DNA of 64,000 bases from a virus (lineage: Duplodnaviria > Heunggongvirae > Uroviricota > Caudoviricetes), in IMG/VR virus record IMGVR_UViG_3300026382_000001; one strand, 5' to 3'. The position numbers were made by a program, and so were the translations under genes. The notes beneath the pieces are model-generated. The model saw only the letters and a program-made list of their open reading frames with translations. It did not search any database and was not told the origin of the DNA. Below are positions 39,267-48,391 of this stretch, piece by piece (the stretch's first letter is position 1; the number at the start of each line of letters is the position of its first letter).

Positions 39267-39321
39267 CACGTTGGGAAAATATTATGACACGTTGGGAAAA
39301 TATTATGACACGTTGGGAAAA
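39250..39321 (+). repeat. 21-bp tandem repeat, about 3.4 copies (TTGGGAAAATATTATGACACG)
   Basis: Seen directly; produces the (MTRWENI)n start of the next ORF. Confidence 0.9.
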
Positions 39322-39811
39322 GATTAAAGCATTTATAAGTTCGGATACCTATAATAAAGCAATGGTTTGGTATATGTTTATAATTGGTACTTTTATTTTA
39401 GTATCTACCGAAACTAATTTTGAGTATGGGTTAGTAATTTTTAATTATTTATTAGGTTTTTTATTATGGTATATATTAATATTAGCAGGACGAAGTAGGA
39501 ATTCATTACAAAGATTATTAAACTATATTAATATTTATAATACTTTACCACCAGAATCAATTACGGAAAAAGAAAAAGAATTATACAATATTGAAAAAAG
39601 GTTATTAATAGAAAACTACACCTGTTTATTTAATAGACATGATGTAATTGTATATTGTGTTACTAATCCTGGAACAGAGTTAGCTAAATATTTTGAAAGG
39701 AATAATGAAATTTTAAACATATATTTTTTTAAAGATAAATTTATAGTGATAACAGATTCTGAAGAATTATATACATTTAAAAAACAATTCGAAAAGGAAG
39801 TAAAAATATGA
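39263..39811 (+). CDS. Two-TM membrane protein
   Basis: Two hydrophobic helices; three alternative in-frame ATGs. Confidence 0.6.
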   Translation: MTRWENIMTRWENIMTRWEKIKAFISSDTYNKAMVWYMFIIGTFILVSTETNFEYGLVIFNYLLGFLLWYILILAGRSRNSLQRLLNYINIYNTLPPESITEKEKELYNIEKRLLIENYTCLFNRHDVIVYCVTNPGTELAKYFERNNEILNIYFFKDKFIVITDSEELYTFKKQFEKEVKI

Positions 39812-40239
39812 ATGAGTTGGATATTTTTCAAAGCACCCGTGAAAAAATAAATATCTTCTTAGATTTTGAATTGTTCGATTCCGAAGAATCTTTAGATCAA
39901 ACGGAAAGATATATGTATATAGGAGAATACTTAATACATTTATCAGATGATCCAAAGGATATTTATATGGATTTTGTCTTAGCCGAAGCAAAGATTCCCG
40001 ATCCAGAAATCGAAGAAAAAGAAATACCAGTATTTGAAAAAATACAATTAAGTTATTTAGATATGCAATCTAAAATTAATTGGTATAAAGAACATGTTAT
40101 AAAACAAACTTGTCAATTATTTGAGGAGATTTATATACATGAAGATAATATTCAAAGAAATATTAAAAAGATAGGATATCTTAGTAAAATACAAACGGTC
40201 CTAGATGAAGAAAAATTTAATAAAATGAAAAGGAGATAA
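39808..40239 (+). CDS. Hypothetical protein
   Basis: Coupled ORF with SD. Confidence 0.55.
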   Translation: MNELDIFQSTREKINIFLDFELFDSEESLDQTERYMYIGEYLIHLSDDPKDIYMDFVLAEAKIPDPEIEEKEIPVFEKIQLSYLDMQSKINWYKEHVIKQTCQLFEEIYIHEDNIQRNIKKIGYLSKIQTVLDEEKFNKMKRR

Positions 40240-40240
40240 A

Positions 40241-40636
40241 ATGAATCAATTATATACTGGGGAAATAACCGCGTGTTATTTAAATATGTCTAAGCAAAAT
40301 AAAGAGTACTCCGTCGGGTACATTAGCTTACCGGATGAAACTGGAACTTTTCAAACTTATAAGTTCTTAGTTTTTAAATCGGATATAGTATCTAAAATTA
40401 AAGATTTTGGACCAGAAAATTTAAAAGGTAAAACTATTGGATTAGTTGGAGTATTTGCACAGAATACTTATAATGGAACAACGGAATTTCAATTAACGGT
40501 ACATGATATTCAATTAGAAAATGCAGTTGTACCAGCAGAACAGATTCCGACGAATCAACCAACTACACAACAACCACAAATGGGAATACCTGAACCAGTG
40601 AATGAGTTAAATATTCCAACTGTACCAACGTTCTAA
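40241..40636 (+). CDS. OB-fold protein, SSB-like
   Basis: Y.F.VF...LKGK.I...G....N.YNG..EFQL.V..I plus Pro/Gln tail. Confidence 0.65.
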   Translation: MNQLYTGEITACYLNMSKQNKEYSVGYISLPDETGTFQTYKFLVFKSDIVSKIKDFGPENLKGKTIGLVGVFAQNTYNGTTEFQLTVHDIQLENAVVPAEQIPTNQPTTQQPQMGIPEPVNELNIPTVPTF

Positions 40637-40676
40637 TCCTTCGAGGATTAGAAAAAATAAATAAAAAAGGATCAAT

Positions 40677-42245
40677 ATGACACACACAAAAAATATTATA
40701 AAATATTTGGACAATATTAAAAATTCGAATAGAACTACTAGAAAAAAAACTATTTTATTACAATTATATAAATTAGATAAAAAAAATATTACTAGATTTT
40801 TTCAATATATTTATAGTCCATATATAATTTTTAATATTACGCATCCAAAAGAAGAAGATTTATCAATAATTGACGATTATTTTAAAATACCTGTAAACGA
40901 TTTAGGTACTTTATTAAATAGAATTGAGGACTTATTTCTAGTTAAAAAATTACGTGGAAACGCTGGTAAAAAAGCATTGATACAACTTCACGATTCATGT
41001 AATCAAGATATAAAGGTATTTCTTAAAATGATTTTGGATAGAGATCTAGATATTGGATTAGGAGTACGATTAATTAATCAAGTTATCCCAAAATGTATTC
41101 CAACTGCAGATTATATGGGAGCCGTCGGATTTAATGGTTTCATCGACTTAATTAATAGAGTAAGTTCATATCAAAACATAGAACATATGAATGATAACGA
41201 AATATTTGGATTAGCTCAAGAAAAAGCCGATGGTTTATTTGCATTTGCTAATTTAAGTACTGGGCAATTTATTAGCCGTAGACTAAAAGAAATTATGTTC
41301 CAAGATAAAAAAATTTTAAAACAACTTAAAGATTTTAGAATATTTTTGGAAAAAAATAATTTCATTTCTAAAAAAGATATTATAACGTTACATGGTGAAC
41401 TAACCGTGGATGGTTATCCAAACCGTCTAGAAGCAAATGGTATTTTTAAAGCTTTAACTACTTTAAATATTAAAGAAAAAGAAAATCCAAAAGAACTTAA
41501 GAAATACAAGGATGAGTTTAAAAAGGTTTTTGGTATTTCTGATGCCGAAATGAGAAAAAAAATTAGATATACCATTTGGGATCTTACTACCAATCATGAT
41601 TTTTCAGCTCAGCCGGATAATGGTTCTCGTTTTTATAAATTAGAAAATGCTTTGAATTCTTTTAAAGAAGTTAATACTGGCGAATTAATTCAATTGATAA
41701 ATACAAAAACTATTTCGAAATCTAATTTTGAAACAGTAATTGATTTTTTCGAAGAACAATTGCGAGAAGGAAAAGAAGGTATTATCTTTAAAGTTACTAA
41801 AGCTCCTTTTGAAATAGGACATTCGGTAAATTGTATTAAATTTAAAAATATTTTTGATTTTGATTTACGAGTAGTTGGTTTCGAAGAAGGTAAAAGAAAA
41901 GATACGTTAGGAGCGTTGGTTTGCGAATCCGAAGATGGTTTAGTTAAGACTAATTTGTCCGGAATTGATAAAGATCTTAAAAAAGAGATTTGGGAAAATC
42001 AAGAAAGATATTTAGGTAAAATTTGCGAAGGCGAAGCAAATGATATTACTAAATCGGATAAAAATGAATATTATAGTTTAATGCATCCTCGTTTTATTAC
42101 ATTTAGAGATGATAAAACAGAAGCCGATAATTTAAATAAAATTATGCGTTCTAGAGATTCTTTTAAAATGATTTATAAATTAAGAGAAGATTTGAGAAAG
42201 GCAGTTGACGAAAAAAAGTTATTCTGTGAAGATTGTAGTATATAA
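40677..42245 (+). CDS. ATP-dependent DNA ligase
   Basis: QEKADG, LHGEL, IWDL, EGIIFK, KFK, SLMHPRF..FRDDK. Confidence 0.92.
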   Translation: MTHTKNIIKYLDNIKNSNRTTRKKTILLQLYKLDKKNITRFFQYIYSPYIIFNITHPKEEDLSIIDDYFKIPVNDLGTLLNRIEDLFLVKKLRGNAGKKALIQLHDSCNQDIKVFLKMILDRDLDIGLGVRLINQVIPKCIPTADYMGAVGFNGFIDLINRVSSYQNIEHMNDNEIFGLAQEKADGLFAFANLSTGQFISRRLKEIMFQDKKILKQLKDFRIFLEKNNFISKKDIITLHGELTVDGYPNRLEANGIFKALTTLNIKEKENPKELKKYKDEFKKVFGISDAEMRKKIRYTIWDLTTNHDFSAQPDNGSRFYKLENALNSFKEVNTGELIQLINTKTISKSNFETVIDFFEEQLREGKEGIIFKVTKAPFEIGHSVNCIKFKNIFDFDLRVVGFEEGKRKDTLGALVCESEDGLVKTNLSGIDKDLKKEIWENQERYLGKICEGEANDITKSDKNEYYSLMHPRFITFRDDKTEADNLNKIMRSRDSFKMIYKLREDLRKAVDEKKLFCEDCSI

Positions 42246-42257
42246 TAAGGAACATAA

Positions 42258-44276
42258 ATGAGTAATATTAATCAAGATGAGAAAGACGTAGTTTTATTTA
42301 GTCCAGTCGTTGAAGTGTTTTGTCCATTCGCATCGAGTGTCGATGCGTCTAGACTCAATATGGAAAATAAGCAAATGGGGCAATTGGTTATTTCTAATAA
42401 AACAGAAACCCCATTTATTATAGATAAAAATTATAAAGATTTAACAACTGTTCAATCACCGTATCAAGAAATTGCTGAAGATGATGGAATAGTTATTTTT
42501 AGAAAAGATGAACTACTTATTATTTATTATACTACTAAAAAGAATATGGAATTAAAACATATTCCAATGTATAAAAAATTAATTAATAATAGTCTTTCGT
42601 TAAAATATTGTGTTACTGAAGGAACGTCTTTTAAAAAGAATGATGTTCTTTTTGATTACAGTAATTATATTCCAGAAAGTCAACTACCCAGAGTTGGTTA
42701 CCGAGCCGATATTTTATTTAGTACTTTCTTTGGATTTAATGCCGATGATGCAATCGCTATTTCAGAAAGCTTTGCTAAGAAAACTGAAATTGAATACAGT
42801 GAAAAGATTTTTATACCAATTACTAAATTCATGAAGTTTATTAAAAATAAAAAAAGTGAATCTTATTTTCCATTAATTGGTGAAACTTTAGATGATACTG
42901 ATAAAATAGCTAAGTACTATAATATTGATATGGAAGATTTCTTCTTAACTGAATTAATTAATATTGATGAAAGTACTGAGTCTAAGTATTATACCAAAGG
43001 CATTGAAGGTATTAAAAATGGAAAAATTGAAAGAATTAAAGTTCACAAATTAACCAACGATTCTTTTAATGATAAAAGAAAAGAGTATTTTTATACTTCG
43101 GAACTTATAACAGAACTCGAGTATTATTATAATATTCAACTTAAAGATATAGAAAATCTTCGTTTAAAATTTAGATCTCTTGGTTTAAAAGAAGAAGATG
43201 TTGAGGAATATGTTAATAATATAGAATCTCAATATTTTCAAATGAAAAACCCAAGTAAAATTATGATAGAAGAATTTAGTATGAGATACAATACTGATCC
43301 AGAATTTTTAGATTATATAGTAGAGCTTGATATTTCATATGTTACTGGAACTACTAAAGGAGATAAATTTAGTAATCTTTATGCCGGTAAAGGAACGGTT
43401 GCTTTAATAGTGCCGGATGAACTTATGCCTAAAAACCCGGATACTAAATTACCATTCGATGTGGTATTTAACCCACTTGGTATCTTTGGTCGTAATAACT
43501 GGGGGAGTATCTACGAATTAAATCTAAGTAAAATTATTAGAGATGTTGAAAGATCTGATAATAAAACAAGATTAGAAAAACTTAAGTACATAAACGAAAC
43601 TTTTATTAAATACACGGACGAAGATTATTACAATACCGTTTCACATATGTTATCCGATGATAAGGTATTCCAAACACTTTGTGAAAATATCGATAAAGAT
43701 GGTCTTTATTTATTTTTTAGTAATTTTGCTAATATTCCATATTACGAATTTATGAAAATTGTAAATGATTACGAAGATTTATTTAAAGTAAATATTACTT
43801 CTAAAAAAGATATTACTTTTACTGGAGCATTTACTACTTATTTAAGAGCTTTCCTAAATTTAGAAAATACTATTTTTAGAAAGAATGATATTAAAAGTTA
43901 TTATGAAACTACTGCTAATTTACAATACGGTGAAAATTATTTAATCAAATTGTATCACACTAGTAACTCAAAATATAATGCGGTATCATTTGCTAATAAT
44001 TATAGTAAAACTACTGGGCAACCAGCTAAAGGTAGAAAAGTGGAAGGTGGTCAACATTTAAGTTGGCAAAGTACAGCTTCATTATTATCACATAGACATA
44101 ATAATGCCGTACTAAAAGAATTATATACTTTTAAATCCGATTCTCAAGAAGATAAGGAAACTTTCTTAATGAAAATTATTAAAGATGGTAAATACAATAT
44201 GAAGCAAAAATACCAAAGTGTTACTAAAAAAACTATTAACACTGCTTTAAAAATAATTGGTATGGAATTTACTTAG
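42258..44276 (+). CDS. rpoB: RNA polymerase beta C-terminal subunit (RNAP set 2)
   Basis: PFASSVDASRLNM..KQ..Q, GFNADDAI.IS, GDKFSNLYAGKG, NPLGIFGRNN, GQPAKGRKVEGGQ. Confidence 0.92.
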   Translation: MSNINQDEKDVVLFSPVVEVFCPFASSVDASRLNMENKQMGQLVISNKTETPFIIDKNYKDLTTVQSPYQEIAEDDGIVIFRKDELLIIYYTTKKNMELKHIPMYKKLINNSLSLKYCVTEGTSFKKNDVLFDYSNYIPESQLPRVGYRADILFSTFFGFNADDAIAISESFAKKTEIEYSEKIFIPITKFMKFIKNKKSESYFPLIGETLDDTDKIAKYYNIDMEDFFLTELINIDESTESKYYTKGIEGIKNGKIERIKVHKLTNDSFNDKRKEYFYTSELITELEYYYNIQLKDIENLRLKFRSLGLKEEDVEEYVNNIESQYFQMKNPSKIMIEEFSMRYNTDPEFLDYIVELDISYVTGTTKGDKFSNLYAGKGTVALIVPDELMPKNPDTKLPFDVVFNPLGIFGRNNWGSIYELNLSKIIRDVERSDNKTRLEKLKYINETFIKYTDEDYYNTVSHMLSDDKVFQTLCENIDKDGLYLFFSNFANIPYYEFMKIVNDYEDLFKVNITSKKDITFTGAFTTYLRAFLNLENTIFRKNDIKSYYETTANLQYGENYLIKLYHTSNSKYNAVSFANNYSKTTGQPAKGRKVEGGQHLSWQSTASLLSHRHNNAVLKELYTFKSDSQEDKETFLMKIIKDGKYNMKQKYQSVTKKTINTALKIIGMEFT

Positions 44277-44322
44277 GAGCCGAGGCTCCTAAGTATTCAT
44301 GTCTTTAAAATAAGGACATGAA
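44270..44322 (+). terminator. Tandem hairpins after the rpoB C-terminal gene
   Basis: TACTTAGGAGC-CGAG-GCTCCTAAGTA and TTCATGTCTT...AGGACATGAA. Confidence 0.55.
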
Positions 44323-44324
44323 AC

Positions 44325-44373
44325 TATAGATATCTTAATATCAGATAAATATAAACTACGGTTTATATTTATC
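44325..44373 (+). promoter_or_regulatory. TATAGATATC promoter-like motif plus 5' hairpin with cUACGg loop
   Basis: TATAGATATCTTAATATC then GATAAATATAAAC-TACG-GTTTATATTTATC. Confidence 0.55.
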
Positions 44374-44430
44374 ATTTTTTCTTTATTTTTAGTAAAAAAA
44401 TAAAAAATTAAATTAAAAAAAGGAGACGTA

Positions 44431-45690
44431 ATGTCTACACAAGAATTAAATTCAACACCAACTTCGGAGTTCGAGGATGGAATAAATGAACAAGAAAGAA
44501 TAAGAAGAGAAGAAGTAAATGAGGCAGAGATTAATATTGGCCAACGTATTATCCAACGAAATGTACAAGGTGATCAAATAACGCCTGACAATAGTGTTAG
44601 AACTGAAGAAGTGGCCGATAGAAGTTTAACGCGAGAAGAAGGTTTAACAGTTGACGCAGCCTATAGAGATAGAGATTATTCTGAATCACGACAAGTAAGT
44701 ATTTCGGAAGAAGATATTATAGCAAAGATTAAGGATTTTGAAAGAGATATCTATACTTATGATGAAAGCGTTTCTTTATTTCAAAATCAAGAACGAGGTA
44801 AAGCTAAAATTCAAGAAATGGGTCAATACTTAAGACCATTTGGTGAACTCACTCCAAGAATTCTTGAAGCAGTAAAACGTATTAATATTAATCGTATTAA
44901 ACCACCACGTAATTCAATTATGGTTAATAATTTACTTACTTCTAAAGTTCAATCAGCTAAAATTTCTGGAGATTCATATATGAGTATTTTTAAAGCTCAA
45001 AAATATCTTTTAAATATTCAGCAGGATATTACCGAGATTAAAAACTTCTTTTATGTGATTGATAAAAATAACGCGAGTATTCTTCTTAAAAATTTTAAAG
45101 ATAATAAACAGGCGTTAATTAATATTATCGTTGGTTTAGTAAAAATCGCGTTTGCTTATAAAAGCATTACTATTAAATACGAAAGAAGTTACGATTTGAT
45201 TTATAAAAATCAAACATTCGATAATGTAGTATTTGATTTTGATTCTTATAAAGCTTTTGGAGATTACGTATTTCTTAAAAAAATTGTAACCGATATACAA
45301 AGCGAAGATGGAGAAATTGAGCAAAATATAAATATTGTTAAAATTAGATTGCTTTCTGAAGATTTTAAAAGAGTTGATCTTAAAGTAAAAAATGAAAACG
45401 CAAGAAGTACTGAAAATATGGTAGTTGCCGAAGTACCAGAGGAATTTGAATTAGAAGTATTTGAATCTAAAGACTACGAATCAGCTGAAAATTTAGAATT
45501 CTCAAAAGAGATACTAGAAGCATTTATTAAAAATGATGAATTCAAAAATAAAATTTTTGATTTTATCAATGGGGCATTTTTAATTTATCCAGAGATTTTA
45601 GAACATCTCCCTGAGAATATAATTCTTAAAAGAGAAGATTTTAAAATTTTTGATTATTTAGAATCCCAAAATAATTCGCAGGTGGTTTAA
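44431..45690 (+). CDS. Hypothetical protein
   Basis: 419 aa, AAGGAG SD, acidic disordered N-terminus. Confidence 0.7.
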   Translation: MSTQELNSTPTSEFEDGINEQERIRREEVNEAEINIGQRIIQRNVQGDQITPDNSVRTEEVADRSLTREEGLTVDAAYRDRDYSESRQVSISEEDIIAKIKDFERDIYTYDESVSLFQNQERGKAKIQEMGQYLRPFGELTPRILEAVKRININRIKPPRNSIMVNNLLTSKVQSAKISGDSYMSIFKAQKYLLNIQQDITEIKNFFYVIDKNNASILLKNFKDNKQALINIIVGLVKIAFAYKSITIKYERSYDLIYKNQTFDNVVFDFDSYKAFGDYVFLKKIVTDIQSEDGEIEQNINIVKIRLLSEDFKRVDLKVKNENARSTENMVVAEVPEEFELEVFESKDYESAENLEFSKEILEAFIKNDEFKNKIFDFINGAFLIYPEILEHLPENIILKREDFKIFDYLESQNNSQVV

Positions 45691-45709
45691 TTTAAGTAAA
45701 GGAGATAAC

Positions 45710-46615
45710 ATGATCGATATCAGATTATGTTCATCATATGAACAAGCCGTAAATGTTTCGAAAACTATGACTGATGTCGTAGCTATAGAAACGGAATATG
45801 GAGATGAATATTTCGGTAAGAAAGATGGAGCAGTTTTAGAACTACTCCATCATGGAAAATTATCGGATAATAAACCAGCAAGCACTATTTTAATTCCTAA
45901 TAATTATGAAAATGTTAATTATAAATATAATAATTTTATAATTAGTCATATTGATTTAGATACTGTATTTGGAATTATGTGGGCAGGAGGTTATCTAAAA
46001 AATACTAAAACTGCTAGAGTAATTAGCGAATTAGTTGGATATTTAGATATAAACGGATTTTATAAATTCAAAAATGAATTACTTGATTATAATAATCCAG
46101 ATCATATTAAACTTTTAGCGATTACAAGTTTAATTAATTTTTGGAAAATTAATCTAAATAGTTTATCGAAAGATATTCATAAGTTAATACTTCGTATTAG
46201 AGATTATATTATTCTTGGTGTTCCAGAAAGTATTAAAAAATATCTTTTACAAGGAATTAATGAAAATGATTTTTTAAAAGAAATTACCGAATTGGAGTTA
46301 AGTATTCCAAAAATACTAGTAACTTATATTAGTAATACCTCCGTAACAGACCGTTATTTAAATAATGGTTTGGAATATGATATGATATTACAATATAATA
46401 CTGGTAGCAATAGCATTACTTTAGCTTGTCAAAACGAAGAACTGGCCAAAAAATATTTTGGATCAAATGGAGTTATAGAACCATTACAAGCATTCTTTGG
46501 TAAGAAAGCGGGTGGTCATAAAAGTATTGGTGGTTCACCAAGAGGAAAAAAATTACAAATAGAATATCTAGAAGCTTTTTTAAAGTTTTTAAAAAGAAAT
46601 TATTTTAACATATAG
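45710..46615 (+). CDS. DHH-like phosphoesterase
   Basis: HHG, SHIDLD, GGH..IGGSPRG. Confidence 0.55.
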   Translation: MIDIRLCSSYEQAVNVSKTMTDVVAIETEYGDEYFGKKDGAVLELLHHGKLSDNKPASTILIPNNYENVNYKYNNFIISHIDLDTVFGIMWAGGYLKNTKTARVISELVGYLDINGFYKFKNELLDYNNPDHIKLLAITSLINFWKINLNSLSKDIHKLILRIRDYIILGVPESIKKYLLQGINENDFLKEITELELSIPKILVTYISNTSVTDRYLNNGLEYDMILQYNTGSNSITLACQNEELAKKYFGSNGVIEPLQAFFGKKAGGHKSIGGSPRGKKLQIEYLEAFLKFLKRNYFNI

Positions 46616-46623
46616 GAAATTTT

Positions 46624-46962
46624 ATGGAATACAATATAAATTTTAATTACAGTAAAGATACTTTAAAATTCTTTAGACTTATTTCAAAATATGGTATTAG
46701 TCCAGTTGATTGGGTAGATCAAATGAAACCATATAAACAAGGTTGGGGAAGTTATAAACCACAACATAGGAATCCAGAATGGACACCAGAAGAATTTTTT
46801 GACAAAGCTCCTAAAAAAATTTGGGCCTTATCATCATTTTATATTTCATCTGGAAGATTTGATACGAAAACTATTATACAAATCAATAATGAATGGAAAA
46901 AAGAAATAAGTTCGTTAAATATACCTAGAAATAGTAAATTGAATATAATATTCGATACCTAA
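46624..46962 (+). CDS. Hypothetical protein with KLNIIFDT tail
   Basis: INNEW motif and shared tail. Confidence 0.6.
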   Translation: MEYNINFNYSKDTLKFFRLISKYGISPVDWVDQMKPYKQGWGSYKPQHRNPEWTPEEFFDKAPKKIWALSSFYISSGRFDTKTIIQINNEWKKEISSLNIPRNSKLNIIFDT

Positions 46963-46990
46963 TACAAACATATATTATAAAGGAGGAAAC

Positions 46991-47404
46991 ATGATAATAC
47001 AAAGAATAAAAAAAGATTGCCGAATAAAATTATACAGATTAAAATATACAAATATAGGCATCAATGAAAAAATTCCTTCGTACTTAGGCAAAACTGGTAA
47101 AATTAAAGAAAATTACAAAAATTTAAATTTTTGTGCTAATAATGTTTTAATTGAAATGGAGGATGGTTTTTCATTCTGGGTATCATATAAAGATTTAATT
47201 GATTTATCAATTGGAGTAAATATGACGTTTAATGAAATACAAAAAATTTTAAATGGTATTCACTCAGGACAAGATACCGTAAAAATGGCTTTAAATATTT
47301 ATTATGATTTTTTAAAAGGTGTTCCTGAAAAGGAAATAGCTAGTAAATATAAGATAGATATATGTTTAATACCAGAAATATATTTTTTATTTAAAAATTA
47401 CTAA
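46991..47404 (+). CDS. Hypothetical protein with possible C-terminal HTH
   Basis: G..EKEIASKY.I. Confidence 0.5.
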   Translation: MIIQRIKKDCRIKLYRLKYTNIGINEKIPSYLGKTGKIKENYKNLNFCANNVLIEMEDGFSFWVSYKDLIDLSIGVNMTFNEIQKILNGIHSGQDTVKMALNIYYDFLKGVPEKEIASKYKIDICLIPEIYFLFKNY

Positions 47405-47413
47405 AGGAGTGAT

Positions 47414-48391
47414 ATGGAAGATATTAGAGATATTGGGGTTAAAGCAGCAGAACACCATAATGAAATATTCGTAATAGATTTTATTAGTACTATTGAAAAA
47501 CATCCAAATTTACTTTACGCAGATACTGATAGTTCGTATAATTATTTTAAAGTACCTTTTAATAAGTACGATGATATACATAGAACCGTCGATTATTCTC
47601 AAAAAGTGGCTAAGGATTGTAATATTAAATACAGAAATGTTTTTGATACTATTCTAAAAGAAAGAGCTAATATAGATCCAAAATGGAATTATATGGATTT
47701 TAAATCGGAAGTAATTGCTACTCGTGGTTTTTTTAATACTAAAAAATTCTATGCTTTGGCCAAGATTTGGATGGAAGGAACTTTTTACGAAGATTTAGAA
47801 ATTAAAAAAACTGGTGGTCAAATACTTAAAGCAGATACGTCTGTAGTTACATTAGGCTTTTTAAAAGAAATTTATAATGTATTAACGATTCAAGTAGAAT
47901 TTGATACTTTAGAAAAAATTAGATATCAGATTTACACGATTATAAAAAAGAAATATATTGATTTAATTACACAAAACATTAATGATTTTAATTTTAAAGA
48001 ATTCGTTATTCCAAAAAAATGGCCAACTAAAGCGACTAAAACAGTTCCTACTCATATTCAAGGAGCAATGTTTTATAATCTTATTTTTGATGATCAATTA
48101 AGACCGGGTGATAGTTTATTAATGGTTCCGGTAATTATTAATAAAAATTTGGTATATAAAAAATATCAACATTATCAACGAAGTCCTTATCAATTACCAA
48201 ATGATTTTATAAAAGATAAATTAAATATTATTTCTTTCCCATCGGATTTAGAATTTACAGACGAGAAAAAACAGGAAATTATTTTAAAATTACAACAACT
48301 TGATATACGTATAGATTTTGATAGAATTCTTAATTTTAATATAGATATGAAGTTAGCTGCTTTTGATAAATTATTTCCCAAAGGTGTATAA
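47414..48391 (+). CDS. Family-B DNA polymerase, C-terminal palm/thumb fragment
   Basis: Motif C YADTDS, FKSE, KKFYA, KKTG. Confidence 0.88.
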   Translation: MEDIRDIGVKAAEHHNEIFVIDFISTIEKHPNLLYADTDSSYNYFKVPFNKYDDIHRTVDYSQKVAKDCNIKYRNVFDTILKERANIDPKWNYMDFKSEVIATRGFFNTKKFYALAKIWMEGTFYEDLEIKKTGGQILKADTSVVTLGFLKEIYNVLTIQVEFDTLEKIRYQIYTIIKKKYIDLITQNINDFNFKEFVIPKKWPTKATKTVPTHIQGAMFYNLIFDDQLRPGDSLLMVPVIINKNLVYKKYQHYQRSPYQLPNDFIKDKLNIISFPSDLEFTDEKKQEIILKLQQLDIRIDFDRILNFNIDMKLAAFDKLFPKGV

